This document shows, piece after piece, positions 38,046 to 48,714 of a stretch of DNA of 64,000 bases. Each line of letters opens with the position of its first letter. The first letter of the stretch is position 1. The stretch is taken from NCBI GenBank assembly GCA_023247895.1, contig JAHFFP010000001.1, forward strand, positions 1,029 through 65,028, read 5' to 3'. The stretch comes from Candidatus Omnitrophota bacterium (GTDB lineage Bacteria > Omnitrophota > Gorgyraeia > Gygaellales > UBA12090). The notes beneath the pieces were generated by a model. It searched no databases and was not told where the DNA came from. It saw only the letters and a list, made by a program, of their open reading frames with translations. Made by a program: the position numbers and the translations under genes.

Positions 38046-38345
38046 TTATCGTACCACTAAAACTGAATTCGTGCTGCCTAAGGTATTGGAGATGGCGTCC
38101 TTACAGCTGGGATCATTTATCCATGAGCCATCAACCACAAATTTATACTCATATTTTCCGGGAGTAAATGTCGCCCTGATTGCCCAAATTCCTTTAGCAT
38201 CTTTCTTGGCAACTAACGAGTTTGCATCCCAATTATTAAAGTTACCCGCAAGGCTTACCCTCTTTGCCTCCGGCGCACGGAGCTTAAACTCCACCGCCCT
38301 TGACTCCACTGTTTTTACTTTTGATTCCACTGCTTTCTTTACCAT
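38046..38345 (-). CDS. CBM48/glycogen-binding (E-set) domain protein
   Basis: VEFKLRAPEAKRVSLAGNFNNWD...YEYKFVVDGSWINDP matches AMPK-beta/isoamylase N-domain. Confidence 0.65.
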   Translation of the reverse strand: MVKKAVESKVKTVESRAVEFKLRAPEAKRVSLAGNFNNWDANSLVAKKDAKGIWAIRATFTPGKYEYKFVVDGSWINDPSCKDAISNTLGSTNSVLVVR

Positions 38346-38447
38346 ATTCCCCCTCCCGTTTACTTACTATCGACCCTTATATAAAGTTATTTTAGCAATG
38401 CACAATCTTTATGTCAAGAAGAATCCCTTTAAAAGCCTGGGGAACCT

Positions 38448-39251
38448 TTACGAAGATACCGCGAGTATCGCAATATCCTTTTTCTCTGCTAAGCGTAATG
38501 CCTCGTGCTGATCAAAAAATAAGGTTTTGCCTGCCTCTATCGCCAGACAGCTTCCCTGAGACAGGTTTTTTATTGTCCCTAAGCCTACCACAGGCACATC
38601 AAAACGCATATCCTGCGAAGGTTTACTCGTTTTTACCAAAACAATCGACGAACGCGTAAGGCTCACCGCGCGCCTTATGGCGTTATCGGTGCCTTCTATT
38701 GACTCAACCGCCAAAATCACGCCATTCTTGACGCATACGCTTTGGCCGATATCCATAATCCCTAAATGCTTAGCGATTTTAAAACCAAATCTCACGTCCT
38801 TATACTCCTGTTCGCTTGGAGACCTTGGTGTCAAAACTGCCTCTTGAGGCATATAGCCTGATAAGAATAGCGTTGAATCAAGCAACTCTAAATGTGCTTT
38901 TTGCAATCGAGCGACAAATGCCCGAAATACCGTATCGGCCCTGCGGTCTTCTATTTTACCAAAAAAAGCCTCTACATCAGGCGAAGCCATAATCTTTGGG
39001 TTAAAAAGGAACTGCGGATTAATTTGCCCCGCCATAGCTACTTTAGAAATGTCTTCCTTCTTAAAAATATCGATAATGCGGTTAAACTCCTTCGCTTCTA
39101 TCCAATGAAGTATAGCAACGTATTTCTTAAGGACTGGCCTTGTATTTTTCTTGACGCCAACAGCAGTGACATGGTAGCCTGCGTTCTTTGCGTGTTGGGC
39201 AAAAAATAGGGGAAAATTACCTCTGCCTGCAATAAGGCCAATTCTTTCCAT
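38448..39251 (-). CDS. lpxI: UDP-2,3-diacylglucosamine diphosphatase LpxI (DUF1009)
   Basis: MERIGLIAGRGNFP start and overall LpxI pattern; position in lpx cluster. Confidence 0.7.
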   Translation of the reverse strand: MERIGLIAGRGNFPLFFAQHAKNAGYHVTAVGVKKNTRPVLKKYVAILHWIEAKEFNRIIDIFKKEDISKVAMAGQINPQFLFNPKIMASPDVEAFFGKIEDRRADTVFRAFVARLQKAHLELLDSTLFLSGYMPQEAVLTPRSPSEQEYKDVRFGFKIAKHLGIMDIGQSVCVKNGVILAVESIEGTDNAIRRAVSLTRSSIVLVKTSKPSQDMRFDVPVVGLGTIKNLSQGSCLAIEAGKTLFFDQHEALRLAEKKDIAILAVSS

Positions 39252-39288
39252 AGTGTGTAGAGAGAGTCAAAACCACCGCGCAAGCCTT

Positions 39289-40083
39289 TTAGGCAGGGGT
39301 TTCTTGCGTGCTTACTGCCCGGGCTATACCGCGCGATGAAGACTTTAGAAAATCTATTAAATAGTTGACTTCATGGCTCTTATTGATACAGCTTTGCAGC
39401 TTCTCAATGGCGTGAGTTTTGCTTAAACCGGTAAAGAAGAGATATTTAAATGCGGACTTCAAATCAGAGATAACGTTTGAAGGAACCTGCGCCCTGCGCA
39501 AACCAACCAGGTTAAGGCCGTACACCCTTGCGGGATGGCCGTCACAGGTAGAAAAAGGGGGAATATCCTGAACCACCTTGGAACAACCTCCGATAATAGA
39601 AAATTTTCCCACTCGGGTAAACTGATGTATAGCCACCAGCCCGCCAATAACTGTTTTATCTTCTATAGTAACATGCCCGGCTAAGGTTGCGCAGTTAGCC
39701 AGGACACAATTATCGCCGACTATGCAATCATGGGCAATATGCGAATACGCCATAATAAGGTTATTATTACCTACCGTGGTGACGCCTTTCTCAACGGTTC
39801 CAAGGTTTATAGTAGTATACTCTCTGATAATGTTATTCTCGCCAATGACAACTTGGGTATCTTCGCCTTTATATTTTAAGTCCTGCGGCGGGCTTCCTAT
39901 CACCACGCCGCTATAAATCTGACAACCAGCGCCAATAGTGGTATCGCCGTCAATTACGCAGGAAGTGGCTATCTTTACCTTGGGGCCTATCTTTACCTTT
40001 GAGCCTATAACCGAATACGGGCCGACTTCTACATCAGCCGCTATTTGAGCATATTCTGAGACTACCGCCGTTTTATGTATCAT
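39289..40083 (-). CDS. lpxA: acyl-ACP:UDP-GlcNAc O-acyltransferase
   Basis: Left-handed beta-helix hexapeptide repeats, MIHKTAVV start, conserved C-terminal helical domain. Confidence 0.85.
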   Translation of the reverse strand: MIHKTAVVSEYAQIAADVEVGPYSVIGSKVKIGPKVKIATSCVIDGDTTIGAGCQIYSGVVIGSPPQDLKYKGEDTQVVIGENNIIREYTTINLGTVEKGVTTVGNNNLIMAYSHIAHDCIVGDNCVLANCATLAGHVTIEDKTVIGGLVAIHQFTRVGKFSIIGGCSKVVQDIPPFSTCDGHPARVYGLNLVGLRRAQVPSNVISDLKSAFKYLFFTGLSKTHAIEKLQSCINKSHEVNYLIDFLKSSSRGIARAVSTQETPA

Positions 40084-40114
40084 AGAAATTATGCTTTTGT
40101 GTGTCTCTCTATTT

Positions 40115-41434
40115 TCAACCTTCAACCAACGCAAACATCAATTCACCTTCCGTTGCCACCCTTCCATCCACGTATGCCTTGGCAAACACCTGTCCGGTTT
40201 TTGTCTTAATTTTACCCACGATAACCTCAATCATAAGCTGATCGCCCGGCAAAACCGGTTTTCTGAATTTTACCCCATTAGCCGCCATAAAAAAGGCAAG
40301 CTTGCCCCTATTTTCTTCCGAAGAAAGCATCATTACCCCACCCACCTGAGCCATAGCCTCGATAATCAATACTCCCGGCATAACCGGTTTACCGGGGAAA
40401 TGCCCGACGAAGAAATGCTCATTGATAGTCACATTTTTTATCCCCACTGCCTTTTTGCCTTTCTCCAAGGAAACAATCTTATCCACCAAAAGGAAAGGAT
40501 AGCGATGAGGTAAAATTTTCATAATGGCCGCAGCATCTAGTTCTTCGCCATTCTTGGGGATATTGCCAAAGGCGATACTTCCTGATTCATATTTTATCTT
40601 TTGCTGATATATCTTTTGCAATAATTTCAGATTCAAAGAGTGGCCACTTCTGATAGCTATTATTTTTCCCTTTATCTGCGCGCCTAACACATAGAGGTCA
40701 CCCATTAAATCCAAGATTTTATGCCGGACAAACTCATCTTGAAAGCGCAAAGTATTCTTAATGACTTCTTTTTCCCCCACCACAAGAGTATTCTGATAGT
40801 TGGCGCCTTTTCCCAGGCCAATGCCTTGCAGGCTTTCGGCTTCTTCCTGTAAACAAAAGGTTCTTGATGAAGCAAGCTCTTGCTCAAAACTCTCAGGAGT
40901 AACCACCAATTCCAGATACTGGGCCTTTAATAAGAGATGGTCATACTGCAATGTGTAGCGGATACTGTAGTCATTCGCGGGTAACGCCACAATCATTGCT
41001 TGGCCTTCTTCAACCCACAAAGGCTCTTTTATAGAAAAATATTTTCTTGAAGTTTCTTGTTCAACGATACCCGCTTCCTTGAGCAAGCTTAAAAACTCAA
41101 TTCCTGAGCCGTCAAGCCCGGGGATTTCGTTATTATCGACTTCTATCAAGAGATTGTCCAATTGCAAACCGGATAATACCGCCATAAGATGCTCAACTGT
41201 TTGCACTTCGGCATTTCCTATCCCTAACGAGGTACGGCGCTGAGTCTTACACGATTCTAAGACAGATACGCTCTCCGCCTTTATTGCCGGCTTGTCCTTT
41301 ATATCTACGCGAACAAAATGTATTCCGGAATTAACCGGCGCCGGCTTAAAAGTAAGATTCACCTTGTTGCCAGTATGCAGCCCTATGCCGGAAATCCTTG
41401 CTTGATTTTTAATCGTTCTTTGTAAAAGCTCCAT
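40115..41434 (-). CDS. lpxC-fabZ: bifunctional UDP-3-O-acyl-GlcNAc deacetylase / 3-hydroxyacyl-ACP dehydratase (LpxC-FabZ fusion)
   Basis: N-terminal GIGLHTGNKVNLTFKPAP (LpxC); C-terminal HFFVGHFPGKPVMPGVLIIEAMAQ (FabZ hot-dog). Confidence 0.85.
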   Translation of the reverse strand: MELLQRTIKNQARISGIGLHTGNKVNLTFKPAPVNSGIHFVRVDIKDKPAIKAESVSVLESCKTQRRTSLGIGNAEVQTVEHLMAVLSGLQLDNLLIEVDNNEIPGLDGSGIEFLSLLKEAGIVEQETSRKYFSIKEPLWVEEGQAMIVALPANDYSIRYTLQYDHLLLKAQYLELVVTPESFEQELASSRTFCLQEEAESLQGIGLGKGANYQNTLVVGEKEVIKNTLRFQDEFVRHKILDLMGDLYVLGAQIKGKIIAIRSGHSLNLKLLQKIYQQKIKYESGSIAFGNIPKNGEELDAAAIMKILPHRYPFLLVDKIVSLEKGKKAVGIKNVTINEHFFVGHFPGKPVMPGVLIIEAMAQVGGVMMLSSEENRGKLAFFMAANGVKFRKPVLPGDQLMIEVIVGKIKTKTGQVFAKAYVDGRVATEGELMFALVEG

Positions 41435-41436
41435 GA

Positions 41437-42474
41437 TTATTTCTTACTCACCCTTTCTTCTAATTCCTGAAGGCGCTTCTTCAAATCTATAATCTCTTGA
41501 AATAATTCAGGCAATTTCTGGGTGTAGGCATTTATCTTTTTGGCTTCGCTATGCGGCCGCGCCGGATACCCCGACACAATGGCATTAGCGGCCACCGATT
41601 TGGTAACCCCTGCCTGTGCTGCGATTATCGCGCCGTCGCCGACTTCTATGTGGCCGACTAAACCCGACTGGCCGGCGAGCGTTACATTTTTTCCGATAAT
41701 CGTGCTTCCGGAAATACCTGTTTGCGCTACGATAATCGAATTTTCGCCAATTACCACATTGTGGGCAATCTGCACAAGATTGTCAATCTTGGTTCCCTTG
41801 CCTATGACTGTCTTGTCAAAACGCGCGCGGTCGATAGCCACATTAGCCCCGATTTCTACATCATCTTGTATCTCCACACTCCCAATCTGGGGAATCTTTT
41901 CATGAATGCCTTTTATATTGATAAATCCAAAACCATCCGAACCGATAACCGTCCCGCTATGAATAATAACTCTATTGCCTATATTCGTCTTTTCCCGTAT
42001 GGAAACATTTGGATATATCAGGCAGTTATTTCCTATACGGCTCTGGTGGCCGATGAAACACCCGGGATATATAATAGTCTTATCGCCAATAACTACATCA
42101 TCGTCTATTACTACATAGGCGCCTAAGGCAACATCTTGGCTTAAAACAACATTCTTTCCGATTATCGCGCTAGGATGTATACCTTGCGGATGGCGTACAG
42201 AAGAAGGCAGCGCATACGAAATTACTCTCGTAAATGCCAAAGAGGGGTTCTCAATGCGGATTATTGGCTTAGGAGTAGACTGAACTTCCCTGGAAGTAAT
42301 AATCGCTGAGGCGTGCGTTTCGCCTATAAGATTGGTATAACGCGAATTAGCAAGAAAGGTGATATCGCCTTCTTTTGCCTCCTTGATACCGCAGACGCCG
42401 GTAATAACGATGCTCGGGTCCCCTATCAACTCACCGCCGATAACTCGGGCTATTTCACCTAAGGTGCTCTTCAT
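41437..42474 (-). CDS. lpxD: UDP-3-O-acylglucosamine N-acyltransferase
   Basis: Hexapeptide repeats, N-terminal LpxD domain, C-terminal coiled-coil. Confidence 0.85.
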   Translation of the reverse strand: MKSTLGEIARVIGGELIGDPSIVITGVCGIKEAKEGDITFLANSRYTNLIGETHASAIITSREVQSTPKPIIRIENPSLAFTRVISYALPSSVRHPQGIHPSAIIGKNVVLSQDVALGAYVVIDDDVVIGDKTIIYPGCFIGHQSRIGNNCLIYPNVSIREKTNIGNRVIIHSGTVIGSDGFGFINIKGIHEKIPQIGSVEIQDDVEIGANVAIDRARFDKTVIGKGTKIDNLVQIAHNVVIGENSIIVAQTGISGSTIIGKNVTLAGQSGLVGHIEVGDGAIIAAQAGVTKSVAANAIVSGYPARPHSEAKKINAYTQKLPELFQEIIDLKKRLQELEERVSKK

Positions 42475-42503
42475 TATGCCGCTATCTTTCTGATTATCTC
42501 TAA

Positions 42504-43028
42504 TTACTTCTTTTCTTGAGGCGCGGCCTTTTTATAATTAGCCTGCAATATCTCAAGGACTTTATCCGTAATATCGCTGGTATTTGTTTTATACATAAAC
42601 ACCCTGTCATTAAAAACCATAGTATAGCCTTCTTTTTGGGCGTATTCCTTTACCGCATTTTCTATATCATTTAAAACCTCTTTGAGCCTATCATCCCTTT
42701 CTTTCTTTAAGTCGCCTTCTTTCGATAAGGCAAATTCCCGGACAGACTTAACTTTTTCCTCCAATTCCTTCTGTTTCTTTTCTTTTTCCTTATCTGCTAA
42801 TATATCTAAACCATCCTGCAGCTTCTTTACCTCTGAGATCTTGGTATCCCTGTCTTTTTCATATGCGCTTGCCTTTGTTTCAAGGTTCTTATCATACTCT
42901 TTTGTCTTTTGATACTCGTCAAAAAGCTTACCCACATCAACATATCCAATTTTATCCGCCGCAAAAGCAGAGGTTACCAATCCCCCAAGAAATATAACTC
43001 CTAACAATACCGGTAAACCTTTTTTCAT
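42504..43028 (-). CDS. skp: periplasmic chaperone Skp/OmpH
   Basis: Signal peptide, KIGYVDVGKLF, Lys/Glu-rich coiled-coil. Confidence 0.8.
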   Translation of the reverse strand: MKKGLPVLLGVIFLGGLVTSAFAADKIGYVDVGKLFDEYQKTKEYDKNLETKASAYEKDRDTKISEVKKLQDGLDILADKEKEKKQKELEEKVKSVREFALSKEGDLKKERDDRLKEVLNDIENAVKEYAQKEGYTMVFNDRVFMYKTNTSDITDKVLEILQANYKKAAPQEKK

Positions 43029-43073
43029 TTCTCCTCCTCAATGTGCACTTGTGCCCGCCTTATCTCTACAATC

Positions 43074-45683
43074 CTAAAAACCATGGCTTATGCCAAAGTG
43101 AAGCTGTCCATCGCCTTTTTCTGTTTCACCGGATTCCTTATTTAAAGGAATACCATAATCTAGGCGCAGCGGCCCAATGGGAGTCTTAAGCCTTATCCCA
43201 AAGCCAAACCCTGCCTTGTAGCCGCCTGAACCGAAGTCATCAACCTTTGACCAGACATTACCAACATCAAAAAATACTGCCGCCTTTAAGATATCTATAA
43301 GAGGATACAGGTATTCAATATTGCCAACAAGCATAGCCTCACCGCCAACAGGGTCCTTCGAAACGCTGTCTATGGGGCCAACCTTTCGTTCCTGATACCC
43401 GCGAACGGTATACGCGCCACCCGCATAAAAACGCTCATAGATAGGGACCTCTTTGGAATTGCCGTATGCATCCACTACACCTGCGCGCAGGCGCAATTCT
43501 ATTGTAGATGACTTAGGCAGCCCGAAATATTTGCTGGCGGTTGCGTTCAATTTAGTAAAGTCTTTATCCCCTACAAACGGCCCTCCGGCAACCTCAATGC
43601 TTCCTCCTAACACATATCCTTTAGACGGGCTATAAATATTATCCCTTGTATCCCGGCTAATACCTAACTGCAAAGAACTTATTACATTCGAACCAATTTC
43701 TTTTTTAAGGTCGCTTGTGGCATTGTCAGAAACGCTTGAGATATTAACCTCTTCCAAACGATACAGCGCATCAACCCTCACGTATTCGGACAATTCCTTT
43801 CCTAAACGCAAATCCCCTCCGGTCCTTTTTTCATTGTACCCAAACCCCACATCGGTTTCGCGGTCGCGCTGCCGGCGATAGGCATCAAACCCAAACGATA
43901 TGGGATAATCAAACATCCACGGTTCGGTAAAGCTAAGGTCATAATTCTGGGAGATAGAGCCCAATTCTGCCCTGAGGCGCAAATCCTGTCCCCCGCCGGT
44001 AAAATAAGGAAAGTTTTTCCAGTCAAAATTCTTCTGGGCAATTTCCACAAACCCAATGAGCTTATCTACCGAACTGTATCCGCCGCCAAAGCTGAATTCG
44101 CCGGTCTTTGTCTCCTTCACATCAACTATCAGATTTCTTTTATTCGGCTCACCCATTGCTGAGGGTTCAATATCATAGCTGACTTCTTCAAAAAAACCTA
44201 AATTTTGCAGCCGCTCTTTGCTGCGTTTGAGTTTTTCTCCGTCAAAACGTTCACCCGGGAAAATTCTTAACTCCCTGCGGATAACTACATCTTTTGTCTT
44301 AATATTGCCTTGTATCTTAATCTTATCCACATATCCTAGCTCTCCCTCATCAACGCTATAGGTAACATCCACCTTATCAGTTTCCGGGTTTAAATAGCTT
44401 GATTCGCTCACATGCGCAAAAATATAGCCTTTGTCAAAATATAAACTCTGGATGCTTGCGGAATCTTCATGAATGCTCTCGGGGCTAAAAACCTTGCCCT
44501 CACCCGTCGTCTTAAGTGATTTCTTTATCTCCTCAGCAGTAAACACCACATTATTTTTCGTATATACCTGCCCGATGAGATACTTCCTGCCCTCGCTCAC
44601 CGTAAAGATAATAAACATCCGCCCCTTGTGCGCATCATAACCAGTTTCATAATCCACCTTTACATCGGTATATCCTTCTCGGCGGTAAAAAGACTTAAGC
44701 CTTTCTATATCGTCTTTTAAGAGTTCTTCTTTATAAAATCCTGAACTAAAAAGAGCTGCCTTGCGGCTCTTAATTAACTTAAGGAGCCTCTTGGAAGTAA
44801 ATATTTTGTTGCCCCTAAAATCTATTTTTCTTATCCGTACACGTTTTGCCGGCGCAATCGTGATAGTAAGGGCAATTTTATTAGTCTGGGTGCTAAGCTC
44901 GCTCTTATAGGTAACTTCGGCCTGAGCGTAGCCTTTCTTCACGCAAAGGTCCTTTATCACGCTGATATCTTCCTTTACCTGCACTTCATCCAAATACTGC
45001 CCTTCCTTTGATTTGATCGTTTCTCTCAGTTTCTCTTCTCTGACTATCCGGGAGAAATACCCCTCGAAGATAATTTTCTCAATTAACAATTTTTCAACCA
45101 CAATAATATATACTTTCAACCCGTCTTGATAATCCTGCGTATCTATTTTTATATCGCTAAAATAGCCAAGTTCATTCAGGCGCTTGATATCATCGCTAAT
45201 GATATTAGTGGAATAAGCCGTGCCTACTTTGGTTTTTATCTTGGAAAGGATAACGGTGGTGCTGATAGATTTGTTGCCTTTGACTTCTATGGCGGTCACT
45301 TTCTTCTCAAGAGGCTTTGAAGGGACTGTTGCCGGGGGGTGTTCATCCTTTATCACTGCCGGCGTTTCAGCTTCAGTCAAGGCGATAACTGTAGGCGTAT
45401 CCTTTTTTGCTTGAGTAGATGTAATGTCTTCCTTAAATTTCTGCGCGGTATCAATAGCGCTCAACGTCTCTTTAATTGCTGTTTTTCGTTCATCCGCCCC
45501 CACAGCCTCTTTCTGCGTATCGTTTGTTGCTTCTTGCGCATATGCGCAGAGGGCGAGCGCCATACAAAACATACCGCTTATCACAAACACCTTTTTCTTC
45601 ACATCAATCCTTTTAAGTAGCAAAGGCAGATTTAACTTCGTATAATATTGCGTTATTATAATAAATATACGGCCAAAAATCAA
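43074..45683 (-). CDS. bamA: outer membrane protein assembly factor BamA
   Basis: POTRA repeats, C-terminal 16-strand beta-barrel ending ...HFGISHGF; exact start uncertain. Confidence 0.85.
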   Translation of the reverse strand: MIFGRIFIIITQYYTKLNLPLLLKRIDVKKKVFVISGMFCMALALCAYAQEATNDTQKEAVGADERKTAIKETLSAIDTAQKFKEDITSTQAKKDTPTVIALTEAETPAVIKDEHPPATVPSKPLEKKVTAIEVKGNKSISTTVILSKIKTKVGTAYSTNIISDDIKRLNELGYFSDIKIDTQDYQDGLKVYIIVVEKLLIEKIIFEGYFSRIVREEKLRETIKSKEGQYLDEVQVKEDISVIKDLCVKKGYAQAEVTYKSELSTQTNKIALTITIAPAKRVRIRKIDFRGNKIFTSKRLLKLIKSRKAALFSSGFYKEELLKDDIERLKSFYRREGYTDVKVDYETGYDAHKGRMFIIFTVSEGRKYLIGQVYTKNNVVFTAEEIKKSLKTTGEGKVFSPESIHEDSASIQSLYFDKGYIFAHVSESSYLNPETDKVDVTYSVDEGELGYVDKIKIQGNIKTKDVVIRRELRIFPGERFDGEKLKRSKERLQNLGFFEEVSYDIEPSAMGEPNKRNLIVDVKETKTGEFSFGGGYSSVDKLIGFVEIAQKNFDWKNFPYFTGGGQDLRLRAELGSISQNYDLSFTEPWMFDYPISFGFDAYRRQRDRETDVGFGYNEKRTGGDLRLGKELSEYVRVDALYRLEEVNISSVSDNATSDLKKEIGSNVISSLQLGISRDTRDNIYSPSKGYVLGGSIEVAGGPFVGDKDFTKLNATASKYFGLPKSSTIELRLRAGVVDAYGNSKEVPIYERFYAGGAYTVRGYQERKVGPIDSVSKDPVGGEAMLVGNIEYLYPLIDILKAAVFFDVGNVWSKVDDFGSGGYKAGFGFGIRLKTPIGPLRLDYGIPLNKESGETEKGDGQLHFGISHGF

Positions 45684-45686
45684 TAC

Positions 45687-47063
45687 TTATTCCTCACCGG
45701 GGCGAGCCAAGTTTTCAAAACGCGTATATTCACGGATAAAGGCCAGGTTAAAACTGCCTACTGGGCCATTACGCTGCTTCGCAATATGTATCTCTGCAAT
45801 ACCTTTGTTTTCTTCTGTGGGGTTATAATATTCTTCACGTAAAAGAAGCACCACCACATCCGCATCCTGCTCGATGGCGCCTGATTCCCTCAAATCTGAA
45901 AGCTGAGGCTTATGGTCGGTACGGGATTCAACCGCTCTCGATAACTGGCTAATGGCAATAATCGGAACATTTAATTCGCGTGCCAAGGCCTTAAGCGAAC
46001 GTGAGATTTCAGAAATTTCTTGCTGCCTGCTTTCGGCTCTGTTTGACCCGCGCATGAGCTGTAAATAATCCAAAACTAATAATTTTATATCGTGATGTGC
46101 CTTAAGACGCCGCGCCTTGGCCCTGAGCTCCATTACCGAAATTCCGGGGGTATCATCGATAAAAATTTGCGCTTCGGAAAGCTTGCCTGCGGCAGCGGTA
46201 AGCTTTGGCCAATCGGAAACAGACAAAAATCCTGTACGGACTTTATGGGCATCAACCCTGGCATGCGAACACAAAAGGCGCTGTACCAACTGCTCCTTAG
46301 ACATTTCCAGGCTAAAAAAAGCGCTGGGAGTTTTCGTAATTACGCTTGCATATTCAAGCATACCGATAGCAAAGGCGCTTTTTCCCATAGAAGGCCGTCC
46401 CGCGACAATAATCAAATCCGAAGGCTGCAGCCCCGCGGTTTTAATATCAAAATCAGTATACCCAGTGGCAATCCCGGTAATATGCTCTTTTTTCTGATAC
46501 AACCTGTCAATAGTTTCAATGGAATCTTTAATTATTTCTTTTAATGAGACAATGGTGCCTGTCTTACGATTATCCCTGATTTCAAAAATGAGACGCTCGG
46601 CATTATCCAGGACTTGGTCAATATTGCCTTCGGCAGCATAGGCATCATTGACAATTTGGGTTGAGTTATTAATCAGCGCCCTCAAGATTGCCTTCTCGCG
46701 AACAATTGAAGCGTAATGCTGTATATTTGCAGAGGTAGGGACAGTGTTCACTAAAGACGCGATATAGCTTGAGCCGCCTACCTGTTCTAAGAGATCCTGT
46801 TTTTTCAGTTCTTCGCAAATGGTAATGATATCTACTGCCTTATTGTGGTTAAAAAGGCTTAAGATACCCTCATACACATGGCGATGGCTCTCTTTGTAAA
46901 AGAATTCGCAAGAAAGAATTTCAATAGCAGTAGCAACGGCTTCCTCATCAATCAGCATAGCGCCTAAGACAGCCATTTCTGCTTCAAGATTCTGGGGGGG
47001 GAGTTTTTCTAAGATAAGTTCCTGCGGCATATGAGAAACTAGAAATAAAATTTTAAAATTCAA
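45687..47063 (-). CDS. dnaB: replicative DNA helicase DnaB
   Basis: GRPSMGKSAFA Walker A, DnaB N-domain. No intein present. Start may be the internal MPQEL Met at 47030. Confidence 0.9.
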   Translation of the reverse strand: MNFKILFLVSHMPQELILEKLPPQNLEAEMAVLGAMLIDEEAVATAIEILSCEFFYKESHRHVYEGILSLFNHNKAVDIITICEELKKQDLLEQVGGSSYIASLVNTVPTSANIQHYASIVREKAILRALINNSTQIVNDAYAAEGNIDQVLDNAERLIFEIRDNRKTGTIVSLKEIIKDSIETIDRLYQKKEHITGIATGYTDFDIKTAGLQPSDLIIVAGRPSMGKSAFAIGMLEYASVITKTPSAFFSLEMSKEQLVQRLLCSHARVDAHKVRTGFLSVSDWPKLTAAAGKLSEAQIFIDDTPGISVMELRAKARRLKAHHDIKLLVLDYLQLMRGSNRAESRQQEISEISRSLKALARELNVPIIAISQLSRAVESRTDHKPQLSDLRESGAIEQDADVVVLLLREEYYNPTEENKGIAEIHIAKQRNGPVGSFNLAFIREYTRFENLARPGEE

Positions 47064-47143
47064 AATCCCTGCCTACCGGCAAGGCAGACAAAATCCTTCC
47101 CGCTAAGGCGGAACAAGTTTAGAAGGACAGCGTTTTATCTCTC

Positions 47144-47587
47144 TTATTTCTTAACTATCCAGACTTTTATTTTAGTAGAAACTTCAGGATGTAATTTTAT
47201 CGGTATCTCGTAGACGCCTAACACCTTGATTGGTTCATTTAAAAGTATATTTTTCTTTTCTACCGTGTAGCCTTCAGACGCTAAAAGCTTTGCAACTTCA
47301 TTCTCATCTACGCTTCCATAAAGTTTGTCATCAATGTTTGCTTCGGCAGCCAAGGTAAAAGAGGCATCTGCTATTTTCTTTGCCAGTGCTTGCGCCGAAG
47401 ACTTTTCCTTTTGTGCTGACGCAGAGAGAGAAGCCATTAATTCCTGCCTCAAGTTAAGATTTTTCTTAGTCGCCTCAAAGGCAAGGTCTTGTGGAAACAA
47501 AAAGTTCCGGGCAAAACCATCCTTCACATTTACCATATCCCATGCATCGCCGATTTTCTCTATTCGTTGTTTTAATATTACCTTCAT
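47144..47587 (-). CDS. rplI: ribosomal protein L9
   Basis: MKVILKQRIEKIGDAWDMVNVKDGFARNFL. Confidence 0.85.
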   Translation of the reverse strand: MKVILKQRIEKIGDAWDMVNVKDGFARNFLFPQDLAFEATKKNLNLRQELMASLSASAQKEKSSAQALAKKIADASFTLAAEANIDDKLYGSVDENEVAKLLASEGYTVEKKNILLNEPIKVLGVYEIPIKLHPEVSTKIKVWIVKK

Positions 47588-47636
47588 ATCATGAGCCCCC
47601 CGATGAAGCCAGCGCAGTGCTCTGCTCTGAATTACT

Positions 47637-47858
47637 CTACGTCCGGACATACGGCAACAAAGCCATATAACGGGCAAGTTTTATTGCACTGCTAAGTTTA
47701 CGTTGATGCTTTGTACAATTTCCTGAAAATTTGCGAGATATCATCTTATATCTTTCGGTTACAAATTTTTCTAATCTCTTTGCGTCTTTGTAATCAATCT
47801 CACTTGCTTTTTCCACGCAAAAACGGCAGAATTTCTTACGCACCGGCATAAAATCCAT
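47637..47858 (-). CDS. rpsR: ribosomal protein S18
   Basis: [46 protein letters not shown]; upstream in-frame extension to 47972 overlaps ssb. Confidence 0.8.
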   Translation of the reverse strand: MDFMPVRKKFCRFCVEKASEIDYKDAKRLEKFVTERYKMISRKFSGNCTKHQRKLSSAIKLARYMALLPYVRT

Positions 47859-47913
47859 ATCCCTGTCTTTTCGTTTAAAACCTGTCCTCGTGTCTTTTCT
47901 TGTTTCTCTTTTC

Positions 47914-48375
47914 TTATAAGTTGCCACTCTTATCGTCTCCTTCCGTCCAAGAAATATTTTCCTCATTCCCATGAGTTACATTCTGAGGAACTTCACCCTC
48001 ACTCTCATCGGATGCAAAGGGTGTTTTTCCTCCTTGAGTATTTGAAGGCTGCCCCATAAATTGCACCCTTTCCGCCCGCACCTCAATCACACTGCGCTTC
48101 TGCCCCGCAGTATCTTCCCAAGAACGTGATTGCAACCTGCCCTCAATAAACAAGGGGGCGCCCTTACGGAGGTATTGATTACATACCTCTGCCTGCTTAT
48201 CCCATGCTACCACAGTAATAAAACATACCTCTTCTTTTTGCTCTCCCGATTTATCCTTCCAACGCCTATTCACCGCAAGCCTTAAGTTTACCACCGCGGT
48301 GCCTTGAGGGGTATAGCGCAATTCCGGATCCTTCGTAAGATTCCCGATAAGCAATACCTTATTTAAACTTGCCAT
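47914..48375 (-). CDS. ssb: single-stranded DNA-binding protein
   Basis: [27 protein letters not shown]-fold start, acidic C-tail. Confidence 0.85.
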   Translation of the reverse strand: MASLNKVLLIGNLTKDPELRYTPQGTAVVNLRLAVNRRWKDKSGEQKEEVCFITVVAWDKQAEVCNQYLRKGAPLFIEGRLQSRSWEDTAGQKRSVIEVRAERVQFMGQPSNTQGGKTPFASDESEGEVPQNVTHGNEENISWTEGDDKSGNL

Positions 48376-48420
48376 TACATTCTCCTCTCAAAGGGCAAAA
48401 ACGCACACCATGATACACCC

Positions 48421-48714
48421 TTACTCACTGCGCATAATAAGCAGCCTGATAACACTTTCGTTTAGTGTATATGCCTGTTTCAGTTTTAAAATATTGCGTG
48501 GTTCGCTCTTAAACTGCACCAGATAATAAATGCCTTCATGAAATTTTTTTATCGGGTAGGCAAGCTTTCTTTTCTCCGACCAGATTGCAGAGTTTAAGAC
48601 TTCCCCTTGGTTTTTGATGATTACTTCATTTAATTGCGCAGTAATTTCCTTTTTCTGCTCTTCATTAGCGTTAGGATTTACTATAAACATTGCTTCGTAA
48701 TTACCCATTTTCAA
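48421..48714 (-). CDS. rpsF: ribosomal protein S6
   Basis: YEAMFIVNP start, S6 fold motifs. Confidence 0.85.
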   Translation of the reverse strand: MKMGNYEAMFIVNPNANEEQKKEITAQLNEVIIKNQGEVLNSAIWSEKRKLAYPIKKFHEGIYYLVQFKSEPRNILKLKQAYTLNESVIRLLIMRSE

